DNA of 64,000 nt from Clostridia bacterium (lineage in GTDB: Bacteria; Bacillota; Clostridia; UMGS1840), in the NCBI GenBank assembly GCA_045661305.1, contig JAZRFJ010000006.1, positions 14,375-78,374 of the forward strand, given 5' to 3'. Shown in pieces: positions 10,743 through 20,050 of this stretch. Position 1 is the first letter of the stretch, and every line of letters starts with the position of its first letter. Below the pieces are notes generated by a model that was given only the letters and a program-made list of their open reading frames with translations, was not told where the DNA came from and did no database searches. The position numbers and the translations under genes were made by a program.

Positions 10743-12470
10743 ATGAAAAAAATAGTTGTATTATGCTTAGTTTTTATTATGTTGTTTTCAATGCAGATAT
10801 TTGCGTTTAATTTCCCGACACCTGACTGGGGAGCGCTTCTTAAAGAAAGAGAAAAAATGGTTACGGAAACAGATTTTGAGCTTTATGTTGAGGGAAGCGG
10901 AAAGCACTCGCCTTACTATGGTGCAAGACTAGAGCCAAAAGCGGGGGCATATATAGGTATGGTTGCAGATACTGCACCTGACTTTGGGAAAATCGGCTCA
11001 TATCTGACATATATTGACAGCGTTGGGCAGACAGATTTATATTATCCCTCAAACAAAATGATAAGAGAGGACAATGTTATCTCAACGGTAGCAATAAATA
11101 TCAACTCTCTTAACGAGGTAAACTACGATACGATAAGAAAAACTCTTGACACGCTTAATACCTATAATAAGCCGATGATAATAAGATTTGCAAATGAAAT
11201 GAATTGTTCTTCGCTTGGTGATGAGCCGAAGCGGTATGTTGAGATTTTTAGGAATGTTGCAAATATGATTCACGAGTATCCGAATTTCGCAGTTGTATGG
11301 TCCCCAAATGATTTTGGCGCGCTTGACAGAGATTTTTCTTATTACTATCCTGGCGATGAGTATGTTGATTGGGTAGGTGTAAGCTGTTATCCGATAAAAT
11401 ATTTTCAGAATAACCCTAATCAGCTTGCAAGGGACAAGGTTTTCTTTATGACTGCTGAAAACAGCTTCACTACAAACCGTCTTAAACCTCTTTTAAAATT
11501 CATGCAGGACAACAACATAAATAAGCCTGTTATGATTTCAGAGGGTGCTGTCGAAGTCGAAAATTCACAGAATGAACCGCACGAAAGCTGGGCAACACCG
11601 AGAATAAGAAATATGCTTTATAATGTAATTATGAAATATCCTCAGGTTAAGCTCATTAATTATTTCAATGTTTACAGAAAAAACGAGAAAGTGAAGTTTA
11701 ATATTTCGGATAAGCCATATGCTTCGGAAATTTTTAAAGAGGCTGTTTCAAGCGGTGCATATATAACAGAGGCAGGTGGAAATGCAGATTTTGTTTTTGA
11801 AAAGGCAGAATATGGCGAAACAATAAGAGCAAAAGACGGATTTATTAATCTGTACACACTTGCACATATTCCGGGGCTTGAAAGTCTTACTGTAAATTAT
11901 TCAATAGACGGAAAGTGGTATCACTCAACAACCAACTCTCCTTATAAGTGTAGCCTTAATGTTTCACAGCTTAGTGATGGAAAGCATACCTTGAAAATAT
12001 ATTCTTCGGGGGTTGAAAAAGAGTATGTTTTCTATAAAAAAGGAATGAAAGATATAAAAATTGCTTTTGGTAAAATGCCACAGCAGGAGAGAACCTCGGT
12101 AACGGATATAGTATCATATATTAACGGAAATGCAGTTACTTCATTTAATTATAAAGATGAAACCTATATCGTTGCGGAAGACCTACTTAACTATCAGATA
12201 GATGTCAGATGGAACGGAAGTGAGAGAATACTTTATATAGAAGGAATAAATAAAAATAATCCCTCTGTACCTTCGTTTTCAAAGGTGCCTGAATATCTGA
12301 TTGAAGAAACAGATATTCGTACCTATATAAAAAATCCGAATACTAATGAGTATGAATTTATTACCTCTCACAATATAAACGGAAGAACGATTATAAAATT
12401 TGATGAGCTTTCCCGTTTTGGAAGTGTTTTGTGGGATGGAAGTGCAAGAACTCTTAGTTTAGGATTTTAA
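10743..12470 (+). CDS. Secreted clan GH-A (GH26/GH5-like) glycoside hydrolase-like protein with C-terminal beta-rich domains
   Basis: It has an N-terminal signal peptide (MKKIVVLCLVFIMLFSMQIFA). RFANEMN contains the Asn-Glu acid/base motif of clan GH-A, YPGDEYVDWVGVSCY is GH26-like, and ISEGA is a candidate nucleophile. Family assignment is from motif memory only. Confidence 0.6.
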   Translation: MKKIVVLCLVFIMLFSMQIFAFNFPTPDWGALLKEREKMVTETDFELYVEGSGKHSPYYGARLEPKAGAYIGMVADTAPDFGKIGSYLTYIDSVGQTDLYYPSNKMIREDNVISTVAININSLNEVNYDTIRKTLDTLNTYNKPMIIRFANEMNCSSLGDEPKRYVEIFRNVANMIHEYPNFAVVWSPNDFGALDRDFSYYYPGDEYVDWVGVSCYPIKYFQNNPNQLARDKVFFMTAENSFTTNRLKPLLKFMQDNNINKPVMISEGAVEVENSQNEPHESWATPRIRNMLYNVIMKYPQVKLINYFNVYRKNEKVKFNISDKPYASEIFKEAVSSGAYITEAGGNADFVFEKAEYGETIRAKDGFINLYTLAHIPGLESLTVNYSIDGKWYHSTTNSPYKCSLNVSQLSDGKHTLKIYSSGVEKEYVFYKKGMKDIKIAFGKMPQQERTSVTDIVSYINGNAVTSFNYKDETYIVAEDLLNYQIDVRWNGSERILYIEGINKNNPSVPSFSKVPEYLIEETDIRTYIKNPNTNEYEFITSHNINGRTIIKFDELSRFGSVLWDGSARTLSLGF

Positions 12471-12544
12471 CACTTTGAAAAACGACTTTTATTGTGCATA
12501 TTTAGGGAAAAAAACAAAAAAAATGAAAAAAATTAAAAATATGC

Positions 12545-12573
12545 TTGACATTTGACAAGTTTTTAGGTATAAT
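12545..12573 (+). promoter_or_regulatory. Sigma-A promoter of rpmH-rnpA operon
   Basis: TTGACA (12545-12550), a 17-nt spacer and TATAAT (12568-12573), with an A-tract block upstream. Confidence 0.7.
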
Positions 12574-12630
12574 GGTTGGTGCTAAACTGAGTAAATAATG
12601 TTAATTTTAAATAAATGGAGGTGTCTTAGC

Positions 12631-12765
12631 ATGAAAAGAACATATCAGCCAAAGAAAAGACAGAGAAAAAGAGAGCATGGTTTCTTCAAAAGAATGAGAA
12701 CAAGAAACGGCAGAAAAATTTTGGCTCGCAGAAGAGCAAGAGGCAGAGCAAGATTGAGTGCGTAA
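12631..12765 (+). CDS. rpmH: 50S ribosomal protein L34
   Basis: It is not in the ORF track (44 aa). The translation [44 protein letters not shown] is canonical L34. The RBS GGAGGTG lies 8 nt upstream. Confidence 0.95.
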   Translation: MKRTYQPKKRQRKREHGFFKRMRTRNGRKILARRRARGRARLSA

Positions 12766-12775
12766 TTTTTAAAAG

Positions 12776-12840
12776 TGTCGTGTTGAGATTTTAGGCAAAT
12801 GAAAAAACACATTGTGTCTGCTCAGAATACGACATTTTTT
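12776..12840 (+). terminator. Candidate attenuator/terminator between rpmH and rnpA
   Basis: A ~12-bp stem (TGTCGTGTTGAG / CTCAGAATACGACA, with a 2-nt bulge) encloses a 33-nt loop and is followed by T6 (12835-12840). Confidence 0.45.
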
Positions 12841-12898
12841 ATTTAATTACTACATTTTAGACATTTTTGATGTTTTGTTAAAGGAGAATTGTTTTTTT

Positions 12899-13243
12899 AT
12901 GGCTAAAGGAAAAATAACTTCTCTTACTGAAAACTATGAATTTCAGCGAGTGTATAAAAAAGGTGCTCCTCTTTACGGGAGATATATCGTTCTTTATCTT
13001 AGGAAAAACAATTCCGGTTGTATCCGTCTGGGTATAACTGCAACTAAAAAGATAGGAAAAGCGTGCAAAAGAAACAGAGCGAGAAGGCTTATTTTTGAAA
13101 GCTTCCGTCATATTTATCCGTATATATGCGGGGAGTATGATATTGTAATTGTTGCAAAAGCTTCTATTATTGAAGCAACTTACTTTGATGTGCTTGAAGA
13201 GCTTAGAAGGCTTATAAAGAAAGCCGGTTTTTGTAATGAGTAA
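12899..13243 (+). CDS. rnpA: Ribonuclease P protein component
   Basis: MAKGKITSLTENYEFQRVYKKG...LGITATKKIGKACKRNRARRL matches the RnpA RNR motif. The RBS is AAGGAG. The ORF-track start at 12812 is an over-extension. Confidence 0.9.
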   Translation: MAKGKITSLTENYEFQRVYKKGAPLYGRYIVLYLRKNNSGCIRLGITATKKIGKACKRNRARRLIFESFRHIYPYICGEYDIVIVAKASIIEATYFDVLEELRRLIKKAGFCNE

Positions 13244-13442
13244 AATTTTTGTGTTTTTGGTAAAATGTTACCAAAAATATATTTCACCGCTTAAAAAGCC
13301 TTGCTGCAGATTTTATCCCTCATGTTCCGAGTATGCGATTTTAGCTGTAAAAAAATACGGCTTTGTTAAGGGATTTTTAAAAGCAGTATGGCGTTTATTC
13401 CGGTGTAATCCGTTATCTAAAGGCGGAGTTGATTATCCTTAG
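13236..13442 (+). CDS. yidD: Membrane protein insertion efficiency factor YidD
   Basis: 68 aa with YQKYISPLKKPCCRFYPSCSEYA, overlapping the rnpA end as is usual. Confidence 0.92.
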   Translation: MSKIFVFLVKCYQKYISPLKKPCCRFYPSCSEYAILAVKKYGFVKGFLKAVWRLFRCNPLSKGGVDYP

Positions 13443-13483
13443 TATTACTTAATTTACCAGAAAGGTTGAAAGAGTGACAGTAA

Positions 13484-14350
13484 ATGAACTTTCTTTATGA
13501 AATTTTAGGTACGGTACTTAGCTTTATTTATAATATCGTTCCTAATTTCGGTTGGGCTGTAATTATTCTTACAGTTATTGTAAGGCTTATTTTGCTTCCG
13601 CTTACAATAAAGCAGCAAAATTCTATGACAAATATGCAGAAGCTTCAGCCGGAGCTTGAAAAATTGCAGAAAAAATATGGAAAAGACAAAGAAAAACTCA
13701 GTGAAGAAACAATGAAACTGTATAAGGAATATAATGTAAATCCTATGGGAGGATGCTTACCTCTTCTTATACAGATGCCGATACTTATTGCTGTTTACGG
13801 TGTTATCCAAAGACCGATAACATATCTTCTTAAAATAAAGCTTCCAAACGGAGTTTTAGATGCACTTAAACAGACTGCTGCAGATACTGAGCTTAATATC
13901 GTTGCGTTTGTAAACAATAATTTATCAGCAGCACAGGAGCTTCTTGCAAAAGCAAAGCTTGATTTTGATTTGACAAGTCTTCAGATTAATTTCGATTTTC
14001 TTGGAATTAATTTAGGACTTACACCTAACAATCCGCAGGGGAACTATCTTTTATGGGCAATCCCTGTTGTTTGTGTTATAACATCTTTTTTGGTATCAAA
14101 GGTTTCACAGGCTACTCAGCCAAAAAAAGATAATAAGGACAAAAATCCACAGCAGGGTCAGATGAATGCGATGATGTATATATTCCCGTTTATGACAGGA
14201 TATTTTTGCTACATTCTTCCGGCGGCTATGGGTATATACTGGGTTGCAGGTAATGTTCTTCAGATAATCCAGACAGTTGTGCTTAATAAAATTATGGCAA
14301 AAAAACTTGAAGATAATCTTTTAGCAGAAGAAAATAAAAAGAAAAAATAA
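13484..14350 (+). CDS. yidC: Membrane insertase YidC/Oxa1/SpoIIIJ family
   Basis: 288 aa and polytopic, with a basic C-terminal tail. It has the conserved position after rnpA-yidD. Confidence 0.9.
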   Translation: MNFLYEILGTVLSFIYNIVPNFGWAVIILTVIVRLILLPLTIKQQNSMTNMQKLQPELEKLQKKYGKDKEKLSEETMKLYKEYNVNPMGGCLPLLIQMPILIAVYGVIQRPITYLLKIKLPNGVLDALKQTAADTELNIVAFVNNNLSAAQELLAKAKLDFDLTSLQINFDFLGINLGLTPNNPQGNYLLWAIPVVCVITSFLVSKVSQATQPKKDNKDKNPQQGQMNAMMYIFPFMTGYFCYILPAAMGIYWVAGNVLQIIQTVVLNKIMAKKLEDNLLAEENKKKK

Positions 14351-14366
14351 GAAAGGATATATAGTT

Positions 14367-15176
14367 GTGAGAGAAACAATAGCAACAGGAAAAACAATTG
14401 AAGAAGCAAAAGCAAACGGCGCAAATGAACTTAATGTAAGTGTTGATGATGTAACAATAGAAGTTTTGGAAGCACCTAAATCCGGTTTTTTAGGCTTGGG
14501 TGCAAAGCCTGCTAAGCTTCTTGTAAGATATATGGACCCGGAAGAAGAAAAAAGAAAAGAAGAAAAGAAGAAAAACGATATAAAGAAAAAAGAAAATCGT
14601 GCCCCAAAAGCTGTAAAAAAGGAAGAAATTAAAGAAACAGACTTGGGAAATGGGCCAAAGGCTGTTTGCGAAGCCGAGCAGAAGGTTGAAGAAGAGTTTG
14701 TTCCTAACGAACAGAGTATTCCATTTTTAGAAGGCTTTTTAAAAGACCTTTTTGCAAAAATGGGCTTTGAGGTTTCTTTTAACTTTAAAAGAGATGGAAA
14801 GTTTATTATAGTTGACCTTATTGGAGATGAAACAGGTATCCTTATAGGAAAACATGGCGATACACTTGATTCTATCCAGCATATTGTTCAGCTTGCATTT
14901 AATAAGGCAGTAAAGGGTAAGGAAAAAATCCGTATTGATACTGAAGGGTACAGAGAAAAAAGAGAAAAAACTCTTGTTGCCCTTGCAAAAAGTATTGCAA
15001 GCAAAGTTATTAAGTCAAAAAACAAATATGAGCTTGAACCGATGAAAGCATATGAAAGAAAGATTATTCATTCAACCTTACAGAGCTATCCTATGCTTAC
15101 AACTTACAGCGTTGGTGTTGAGCCGGACAGAAGACTTATAGTGGCATTTAAGCACAGAAATCAGGAGTACAAATAA
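14367..15176 (+). CDS. jag: Jag/KhpB RNA-binding protein (Jag_N, KH, R3H)
   Basis: 269 aa with a Lys/Glu-rich linker, a KH-like segment (GKHGDTLDSIQHIV) and a C-terminal R3H (YERKIIHSTLQ). It has the conserved position after yidC. Confidence 0.88.
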   Translation: MRETIATGKTIEEAKANGANELNVSVDDVTIEVLEAPKSGFLGLGAKPAKLLVRYMDPEEEKRKEEKKKNDIKKKENRAPKAVKKEEIKETDLGNGPKAVCEAEQKVEEEFVPNEQSIPFLEGFLKDLFAKMGFEVSFNFKRDGKFIIVDLIGDETGILIGKHGDTLDSIQHIVQLAFNKAVKGKEKIRIDTEGYREKREKTLVALAKSIASKVIKSKNKYELEPMKAYERKIIHSTLQSYPMLTTYSVGVEPDRRLIVAFKHRNQEYK

Positions 15177-15183
15177 AAAAAGT

Positions 15184-15222
15184 GCCGGGTAAAGTTTTTT
15201 AAGAGCTTTACCCGGCTTTTTG
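15184..15222 (+). terminator. Intrinsic terminator after jag
   Basis: An 11-bp stem, GCCGGGTAAAG / CTTTACCCGGC, followed by TTTTT. Confidence 0.85.
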
Positions 15223-15250
15223 AGATTTTTTTAAATAGAAAGAGATTTAC

Positions 15251-16027
15251 ATGAGAATTTTGGCAGTAGGTGATGTAGTCAGCCGATGTGGAGTCGATTA
15301 TATTGCTAATAATTTAAAAAAACTTATAAAGGAAAAGGATATTGATTTTATAGTTATAAACGGTGAAAATTCGTTCCGTGGAAAAGGTATAAGCAAGGAA
15401 ATATGCGATATTCTTTTTGACTCAGGTGCAGATTGTATCACACTTGGAAATCATGCGTTTTCAAAAAAAGGAGTTAAAAAAGCGTTTGAAACATATCCTT
15501 CAAATGTTTTAAGACCTATAAATATGGGCGATGATTTTTCGGGGAAAGGGCACAGCATTATTTCTAAAAACGGTGTGGAAGTCGGCGTGATAAACGCGAT
15601 AGGAAGAATTTATATGTCCGAAGCTTGTGACCCGTTTTCATATACTGACAAAGCTTTAAAAGAAATGGAAAATGAGGGCGTTAAAATTATAATTGCAGAT
15701 TTTCATGCTGAGGCAACAAGTGAAAAGCTCGCTTTCGGTCATTATTTTGACGGAAGAATTTCCGCAGTTTTCGGAACGCATACTCATGTTCCCACAGCAG
15801 ATGCTAAAATTTTAAGAGGCGGAACGGGATATATAACCGATGTAGGAATGACCGGCTCAAAGGACGGAATACTTGGTTTAAAAAAGGAAAGCTCTATAAA
15901 TAAAATCGTATTTGATATTACCGAGCCTTTTGAGTGGTGTGAAACAAACCCTTCACTAAACGGCGTCATTTTTGATGTTTGTGAGGAAACGGGAAAATGT
16001 ACAAATATCGAGAGAATTGACTATTAA
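15251..16027 (+). CDS. ymdB: YmdB-like metallophosphoesterase (2',3'-cyclic-nucleotide phosphodiesterase family)
   Basis: 258 aa: MRILAVGDVV..., NGENS, GNH, DFHAEATSEK, GTHTHVPTAD. Confidence 0.85.
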   Translation: MRILAVGDVVSRCGVDYIANNLKKLIKEKDIDFIVINGENSFRGKGISKEICDILFDSGADCITLGNHAFSKKGVKKAFETYPSNVLRPINMGDDFSGKGHSIISKNGVEVGVINAIGRIYMSEACDPFSYTDKALKEMENEGVKIIIADFHAEATSEKLAFGHYFDGRISAVFGTHTHVPTADAKILRGGTGYITDVGMTGSKDGILGLKKESSINKIVFDITEPFEWCETNPSLNGVIFDVCEETGKCTNIERIDY

Positions 16028-16091
16028 AAAGAGAATAAACCAAAACAAAAGAAATCGAAAGAAACAAAAAATAAAAAAATGGAAAAAACTA

Positions 16092-16120
16092 TTGCAAAAA
16101 TATAAATTAAGTGGTATAAT
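16092..16120 (+). promoter_or_regulatory. Sigma-A promoter (extended -10) of amino-acid ABC transporter operon
   Basis: TTGCAA (16092-16097), a 17-nt spacer and TGgTATAAT (-10 at 16115-16120), with A-tracts upstream. Confidence 0.65.
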
Positions 16121-16177
16121 TAGATACATACAAAAAAGTTTAAAATTTAAAGTTTTTTTAAAAACGGAGGAAAAATT

Positions 16178-16939
16178 ATGAAAAAGATTATTACTTTGGC
16201 TTTAGTAGCCTTGATGGTTGTTAGTTTATTTGCAGGATGCGGACAGAAAGCAGATGACAATAAGCTTATAATGGCAACAAATGCAGAATTTCCACCATAT
16301 GAATTTATGGAAGACGGAAAAGTTGTAGGAATTGATGCTGAAATTGCACAGGCTATTGCTGATAAACTCGGAAAAGAACTTGTTATTGAAAATGTTGACT
16401 TTGATTCACTTATCCCTGGTGTTCAGACAGGTAAATTTGATTTTTCAATGGCAGGTATGACTGTTACTGAAGAAAGACTTCAGCAGGTTGATTTCACACA
16501 GACTTATGCAAAAGGTATTCAGTCTGTAATCGTAAAAGAAGATTCAGCTATTAAGAGTGTAGACGATTTGTTTAAAGACGGTGCAAACAACAAAGTAGGT
16601 GTTCAGCTTGCTACAACAGGTGACATTTATTGTACAGGTGACATCGAAGATGCAGGTCTTGGTTCAATAGAAAGATATAACAAAGGCGCTGATGCTGTTA
16701 TGGCACTTACATCAGGAAAAATTGACTGTGTTGTTATAGATAATGAGCCTGCAAAGGTTTTCGTTGCAAACAATGAAGGACTTAAAATTCTTGATACAGA
16801 ATATATCGAAGAAGATTATGCAGCCGCTGTATCAAAAGACAAACCTGAATTGCTTGAAGCTATAAATAAAGCACTCGGCGAGCTTATTGAAGACGGAACA
16901 GTTGCAAAAATTGTTGAAAAATATATTCCTGCTGAATAA
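16178..16939 (+). CDS. Polar amino-acid ABC transporter substrate-binding lipoprotein
   Basis: It has a lipobox (LFAGCGQ), SBP family-3 motifs (FPPYEF, DFDSLIP..., GKIDCVVID) and operon context. Confidence 0.88.
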   Translation: MKKIITLALVALMVVSLFAGCGQKADDNKLIMATNAEFPPYEFMEDGKVVGIDAEIAQAIADKLGKELVIENVDFDSLIPGVQTGKFDFSMAGMTVTEERLQQVDFTQTYAKGIQSVIVKEDSAIKSVDDLFKDGANNKVGVQLATTGDIYCTGDIEDAGLGSIERYNKGADAVMALTSGKIDCVVIDNEPAKVFVANNEGLKILDTEYIEEDYAAAVSKDKPELLEAINKALGELIEDGTVAKIVEKYIPAE

Positions 16940-16956
16940 AAGAAAATAAAAATTAA

Positions 16957-16983
16957 GGGCTGTTTGGTCACAGCCCTTTTTTT
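16957..16983 (+). terminator. Intra-operon terminator/attenuator after the binding-protein gene
   Basis: A 7-bp stem, GGGCTGT / ACAGCCC, followed by T7. Confidence 0.75.
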
Positions 16984-17033
16984 GAAGTTATCCTGATATT
17001 TTTATTTGTGCATGAGAAAGGAACTTTAAAAAA

Positions 17034-17762
17034 ATGCCTGAATGGATTTTAAAGCTGGGCAGAGATTTTCACACTGCCTTTATAGAAGATAATAGGTGGA
17101 AATATTTAACCGAGGGGATCAGAAATACTCTTATACTCACTTTTTTTGCTCTTATACTTGGAGTTATACTTGGTGTTGTTATTGCTGCTATCCGTGCAAC
17201 CTATGATAAGCAGTACAGCGTTATGAAAAACGGTATCGGAAAAGTGCTTCTTAGCATAGGAAATGCTATATGTAAGGTATACCTTACAGTTATAAGAGGA
17301 ACACCTGCAATGGTGCAGATACTTATTATATTTTTTATAATTATGGCAAGCTCGGATAATAAAATGCTTTGCGGAATTATAGCTTTTGGTATTAATTCCG
17401 GTGCGTATGTTGCCGAAATTATACGAGGCGGAATAATGAGTATTGACATAGGTCAGACCGAGGCGGGAAGGTCGCTTGGGTTTAATTATGTGCAGACAAT
17501 GTGGTATATTGTTATGCCTCAGACTTTTAAAAACATACTTCCTGCACTTGCAAATGAGTTTATAGTTTTGTTAAAGGAAACTGCTATTGCGGGTTATGTT
17601 GGCGTAACTGATTTGACAAGAGGTGCAAACATTATAAGAGGTGTTACATATCAGAGCTTCTGGCCGCTTTTAGCTATTGCGGCAGTATATCTTGTAATGG
17701 TTATGTTTTTCTCATATCTTGTAGGAAAACTGGAGAGGAGACTGAGAAGTGATGAACGCTAA
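17034..17762 (+). CDS. Amino-acid ABC transporter permease (HisMQ/GlnP family)
   Basis: 242 aa and polytopic, with an EAA-like loop ([23 protein letters not shown]). Confidence 0.9.
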   Translation: MPEWILKLGRDFHTAFIEDNRWKYLTEGIRNTLILTFFALILGVILGVVIAAIRATYDKQYSVMKNGIGKVLLSIGNAICKVYLTVIRGTPAMVQILIIFFIIMASSDNKMLCGIIAFGINSGAYVAEIIRGGIMSIDIGQTEAGRSLGFNYVQTMWYIVMPQTFKNILPALANEFIVLLKETAIAGYVGVTDLTRGANIIRGVTYQSFWPLLAIAAVYLVMVMFFSYLVGKLERRLRSDER

Positions 17763-18492
17763 TTCTATAATAAAATGCGAGAATTTATGTAAATTTTTCG
17801 GAGACTCTATCCATGCTCTTGAAAATGTAAATGCCGAAATCAAAAAAGGCGAGGTTGTTGTTATTATCGGTCCGTCAGGCTCAGGTAAATCAACATTTTT
17901 AAGGTCACTTAATTTACTCGAGTCGCTTACTTCGGGAAAGATTTTTTTTGAAGGAATTGACATAACTGACAAAAATGTGGATATAAATAAACATAGAAGA
18001 AAAATGGGAATGGTATTTCAGCAGTTTAATCTTTTTCCGCATATGACTGTTCTTAAAAATCTTACTTTGGGTCCTGTTAAGCTTCTTGGGCTAAAAGAGG
18101 AAGATGCAAAGGAAGAGGCTTTAAAAAAGCTTGAGAGAGTAGGACTTAAAGACAGAGCAGACGCATATCCGTCACAGCTTTCAGGCGGACAGAAGCAAAG
18201 AGTTGCGATTGTCAGAGCGCTTTGTATGAATCCCGATGTTATGCTTTTTGATGAGCCTACAAGTGCGTTAGACCCTGAAATGGTAGGCGAGGTTTTAGAT
18301 GTTATGAAAGAACTTGCACACGAGGGTATGACTATGGTTGTTGTTACTCACGAAATGGGATTTGCAAAAGAAGTTGCCGACAGGGTAATTTTTATGGACA
18401 GCGGAATGATTGTTGAAGAAGGAACACCCGAGGAAATTTTTGAAAATCCGAAGAATGAAAGAACAAAGTCATTTTTGAACAAGGTTTTATAA
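17752..18492 (+). CDS. Amino-acid ABC transporter ATP-binding protein (GlnQ-like)
   Basis: It has Walker [10 protein letters not shown], the signature LSGGQKQR and Walker [12 protein letters not shown]. The start is the ATG at 17752 or the GTG at 17749. Confidence 0.93.
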   Translation: MNANSIIKCENLCKFFGDSIHALENVNAEIKKGEVVVIIGPSGSGKSTFLRSLNLLESLTSGKIFFEGIDITDKNVDINKHRRKMGMVFQQFNLFPHMTVLKNLTLGPVKLLGLKEEDAKEEALKKLERVGLKDRADAYPSQLSGGQKQRVAIVRALCMNPDVMLFDEPTSALDPEMVGEVLDVMKELAHEGMTMVVVTHEMGFAKEVADRVIFMDSGMIVEEGTPEEIFENPKNERTKSFLNKVL

Positions 18493-18517
18493 AACAGTAT
18501 CGAAAGGATGGTTTAGT

Positions 18518-18877
18518 ATGCCACTTAAAAAAATTAACGATGTCGGCGATATAACTATAATGGAAAAAGCTATTGAAGAAATAGCAGGGTATGCCGCAAC
18601 ACACTGCTATGGTGTTGTTGGAATGTGTGAAAAAAATCCTACTGAAGTAGTAAAAAAGATATTTGGTGCAGACAAAAGCCTAAGACATGGAATTAAAGCA
18701 ACTATTAAAGATGATGCAGTAACGATTGACATTCATATCCGTGTAAGCTACGGCGTTAATATCAAGGCAATAGGAGAAAATGTAAAACAGGATATTTCTT
18801 ATGCTGTTACAAATATGACAAACGCAAAAATAAAAACTATCAATGTTTTTGTAGACGACATTGTTGTCATTAAATAA
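18518..18877 (+). CDS. Asp23/Gls24 family envelope stress protein (YloU-like)
   Basis: 119 aa with an Asp23-family pattern (IAGYAATHCYGVVGM..., YGVNI). It shows conserved synteny with yloV-recG. Confidence 0.85.
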   Translation: MPLKKINDVGDITIMEKAIEEIAGYAATHCYGVVGMCEKNPTEVVKKIFGADKSLRHGIKATIKDDAVTIDIHIRVSYGVNIKAIGENVKQDISYAVTNMTNAKIKTINVFVDDIVVIK

Positions 18878-18889
18878 GGAGTAGAGCAA

Positions 18890-20050
18890 ATGATTACTAA
18901 AATTGACGGTGCTATGCTTGCACAGATGATACAGGCGGCAAGAGTCTCTTTATCAAATAAAAAAGATGAGCTTAATGCGCTTAATGTGTTCCCTGTTCCT
19001 GACGGTGATACAGGTACAAATATGTCAATGACATTTAATGCTGCAGCAAGCGTTGCAAAAGATAATTCAGAAACTGTAAGCACTGTTTTAGACAGTGTTT
19101 CTATGGCAGCCTTAAGAGGTGCAAGAGGAAACTCAGGCGTTATTTTGTCACAGCTTCTTCGAGGTATGGCAAAAGGCGTTAAAGGAAAAACAGAAATAGG
19201 TGTTGACGAGCTGGAGCAGGCTTTTGTGATGGGTACAAAAACAGCATATGCTGCTATTATGAAGCCAACAGAGGGAACAATTCTTACAGTTTTTCGTCTT
19301 ATGAGTGAGTACATCACAGCTCACAAGGGCGAATATGAAGATTTGTGTGTTATGTTTGAAGATGCAAAAAATGCAGCTTATGATGCCTTGATGCAGACAC
19401 CTGAAATGCTTCCTAAATTAAAGCAGGCAGGTGTTGTGGATTCAGGCGGTAAAGGTGTTTACTATATAATTGCCGGAATGGCTGACTATCTTAAAACAGG
19501 GGAAATCCCTGAAGAAGTTGAACAAACCGGTGAAGAAAAGGGAATGCAGGAAAGGGAAGAGGATATTACTTTCGGCTATTGTACTGAATTTATAATCCAG
19601 AACAAAGACAGAAAGAAAAATGAGCTTGCCAAAAAGTATGCAAACTTAGGTGACAGTATAGTTGTTGTTGCAGATGAGGACATTATTAAGGTGCATATTC
19701 ATACAGATGACCCAGGTATAGTTATTTCCGAGGCACTCAAAATAGGCCCGCTTATCAATATAAAAATTGATAATATGCGTTACCAGAATGAAATGCTTGA
19801 GGAAAAAAATAAGAAAGAAGCAAAAGAAGATAAGCCAAGAGTGCCTTTTGCTTTTGTAAGTGTTTCAACAGGCGAGGGCTTTAAGAATATATATAATGAG
19901 CTTGGTATTGAATATATCGTTTCGGGCGGACAGTCAATGAATCCGAGTGCGGAGGATATTTTAGAGGTAGCAAACAGAACTAACGCAGATGTGGTTTATG
20001 TTTTTCCGAATAACAAAAATATTATTCTTGCTTCACAGCAGGCAAGCTAG
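18890..20050 (+). CDS. yloV: DAK2-domain fusion protein YloV, N-terminal 386 codons ending at an in-frame TAG
   Basis: It has DAK2 motifs (FPVPDGDTGTNM, GARGNSGVILSQ). The ORF stops at the TAG at 20048-20050, although homologous sequence continues in the same frame. Confidence 0.85.
   Translation: MITKIDGAMLAQMIQAARVSLSNKKDELNALNVFPVPDGDTGTNMSMTFNAAASVAKDNSETVSTVLDSVSMAALRGARGNSGVILSQLLRGMAKGVKGKTEIGVDELEQAFVMGTKTAYAAIMKPTEGTILTVFRLMSEYITAHKGEYEDLCVMFEDAKNAAYDALMQTPEMLPKLKQAGVVDSGGKGVYYIIAGMADYLKTGEIPEEVEQTGEEKGMQEREEDITFGYCTEFIIQNKDRKKNELAKKYANLGDSIVVVADEDIIKVHIHTDDPGIVISEALKIGPLINIKIDNMRYQNEMLEEKNKKEAKEDKPRVPFAFVSVSTGEGFKNIYNELGIEYIVSGGQSMNPSAEDILEVANRTNADVVYVFPNNKNIILASQQAS

Noticed and set aside
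15972-16181. A 69-aa Lys/Arg-rich ORF between ymdB and the ABC transporter.
   Set aside because: It is a translation of the A-tract/UP-element region and the promoter. It overlaps the ymdB 3' end and has no RBS.
20048-20050. Possibility that TAG is reassigned (for example to pyrrolysine or a sense codon) in this organism.
   Set aside because: rpsK terminates with TAG (58379-58381) exactly at the canonical ...PPKRRRV C-terminus, so TAG functions as a stop. No pyl genes are visible in the window.
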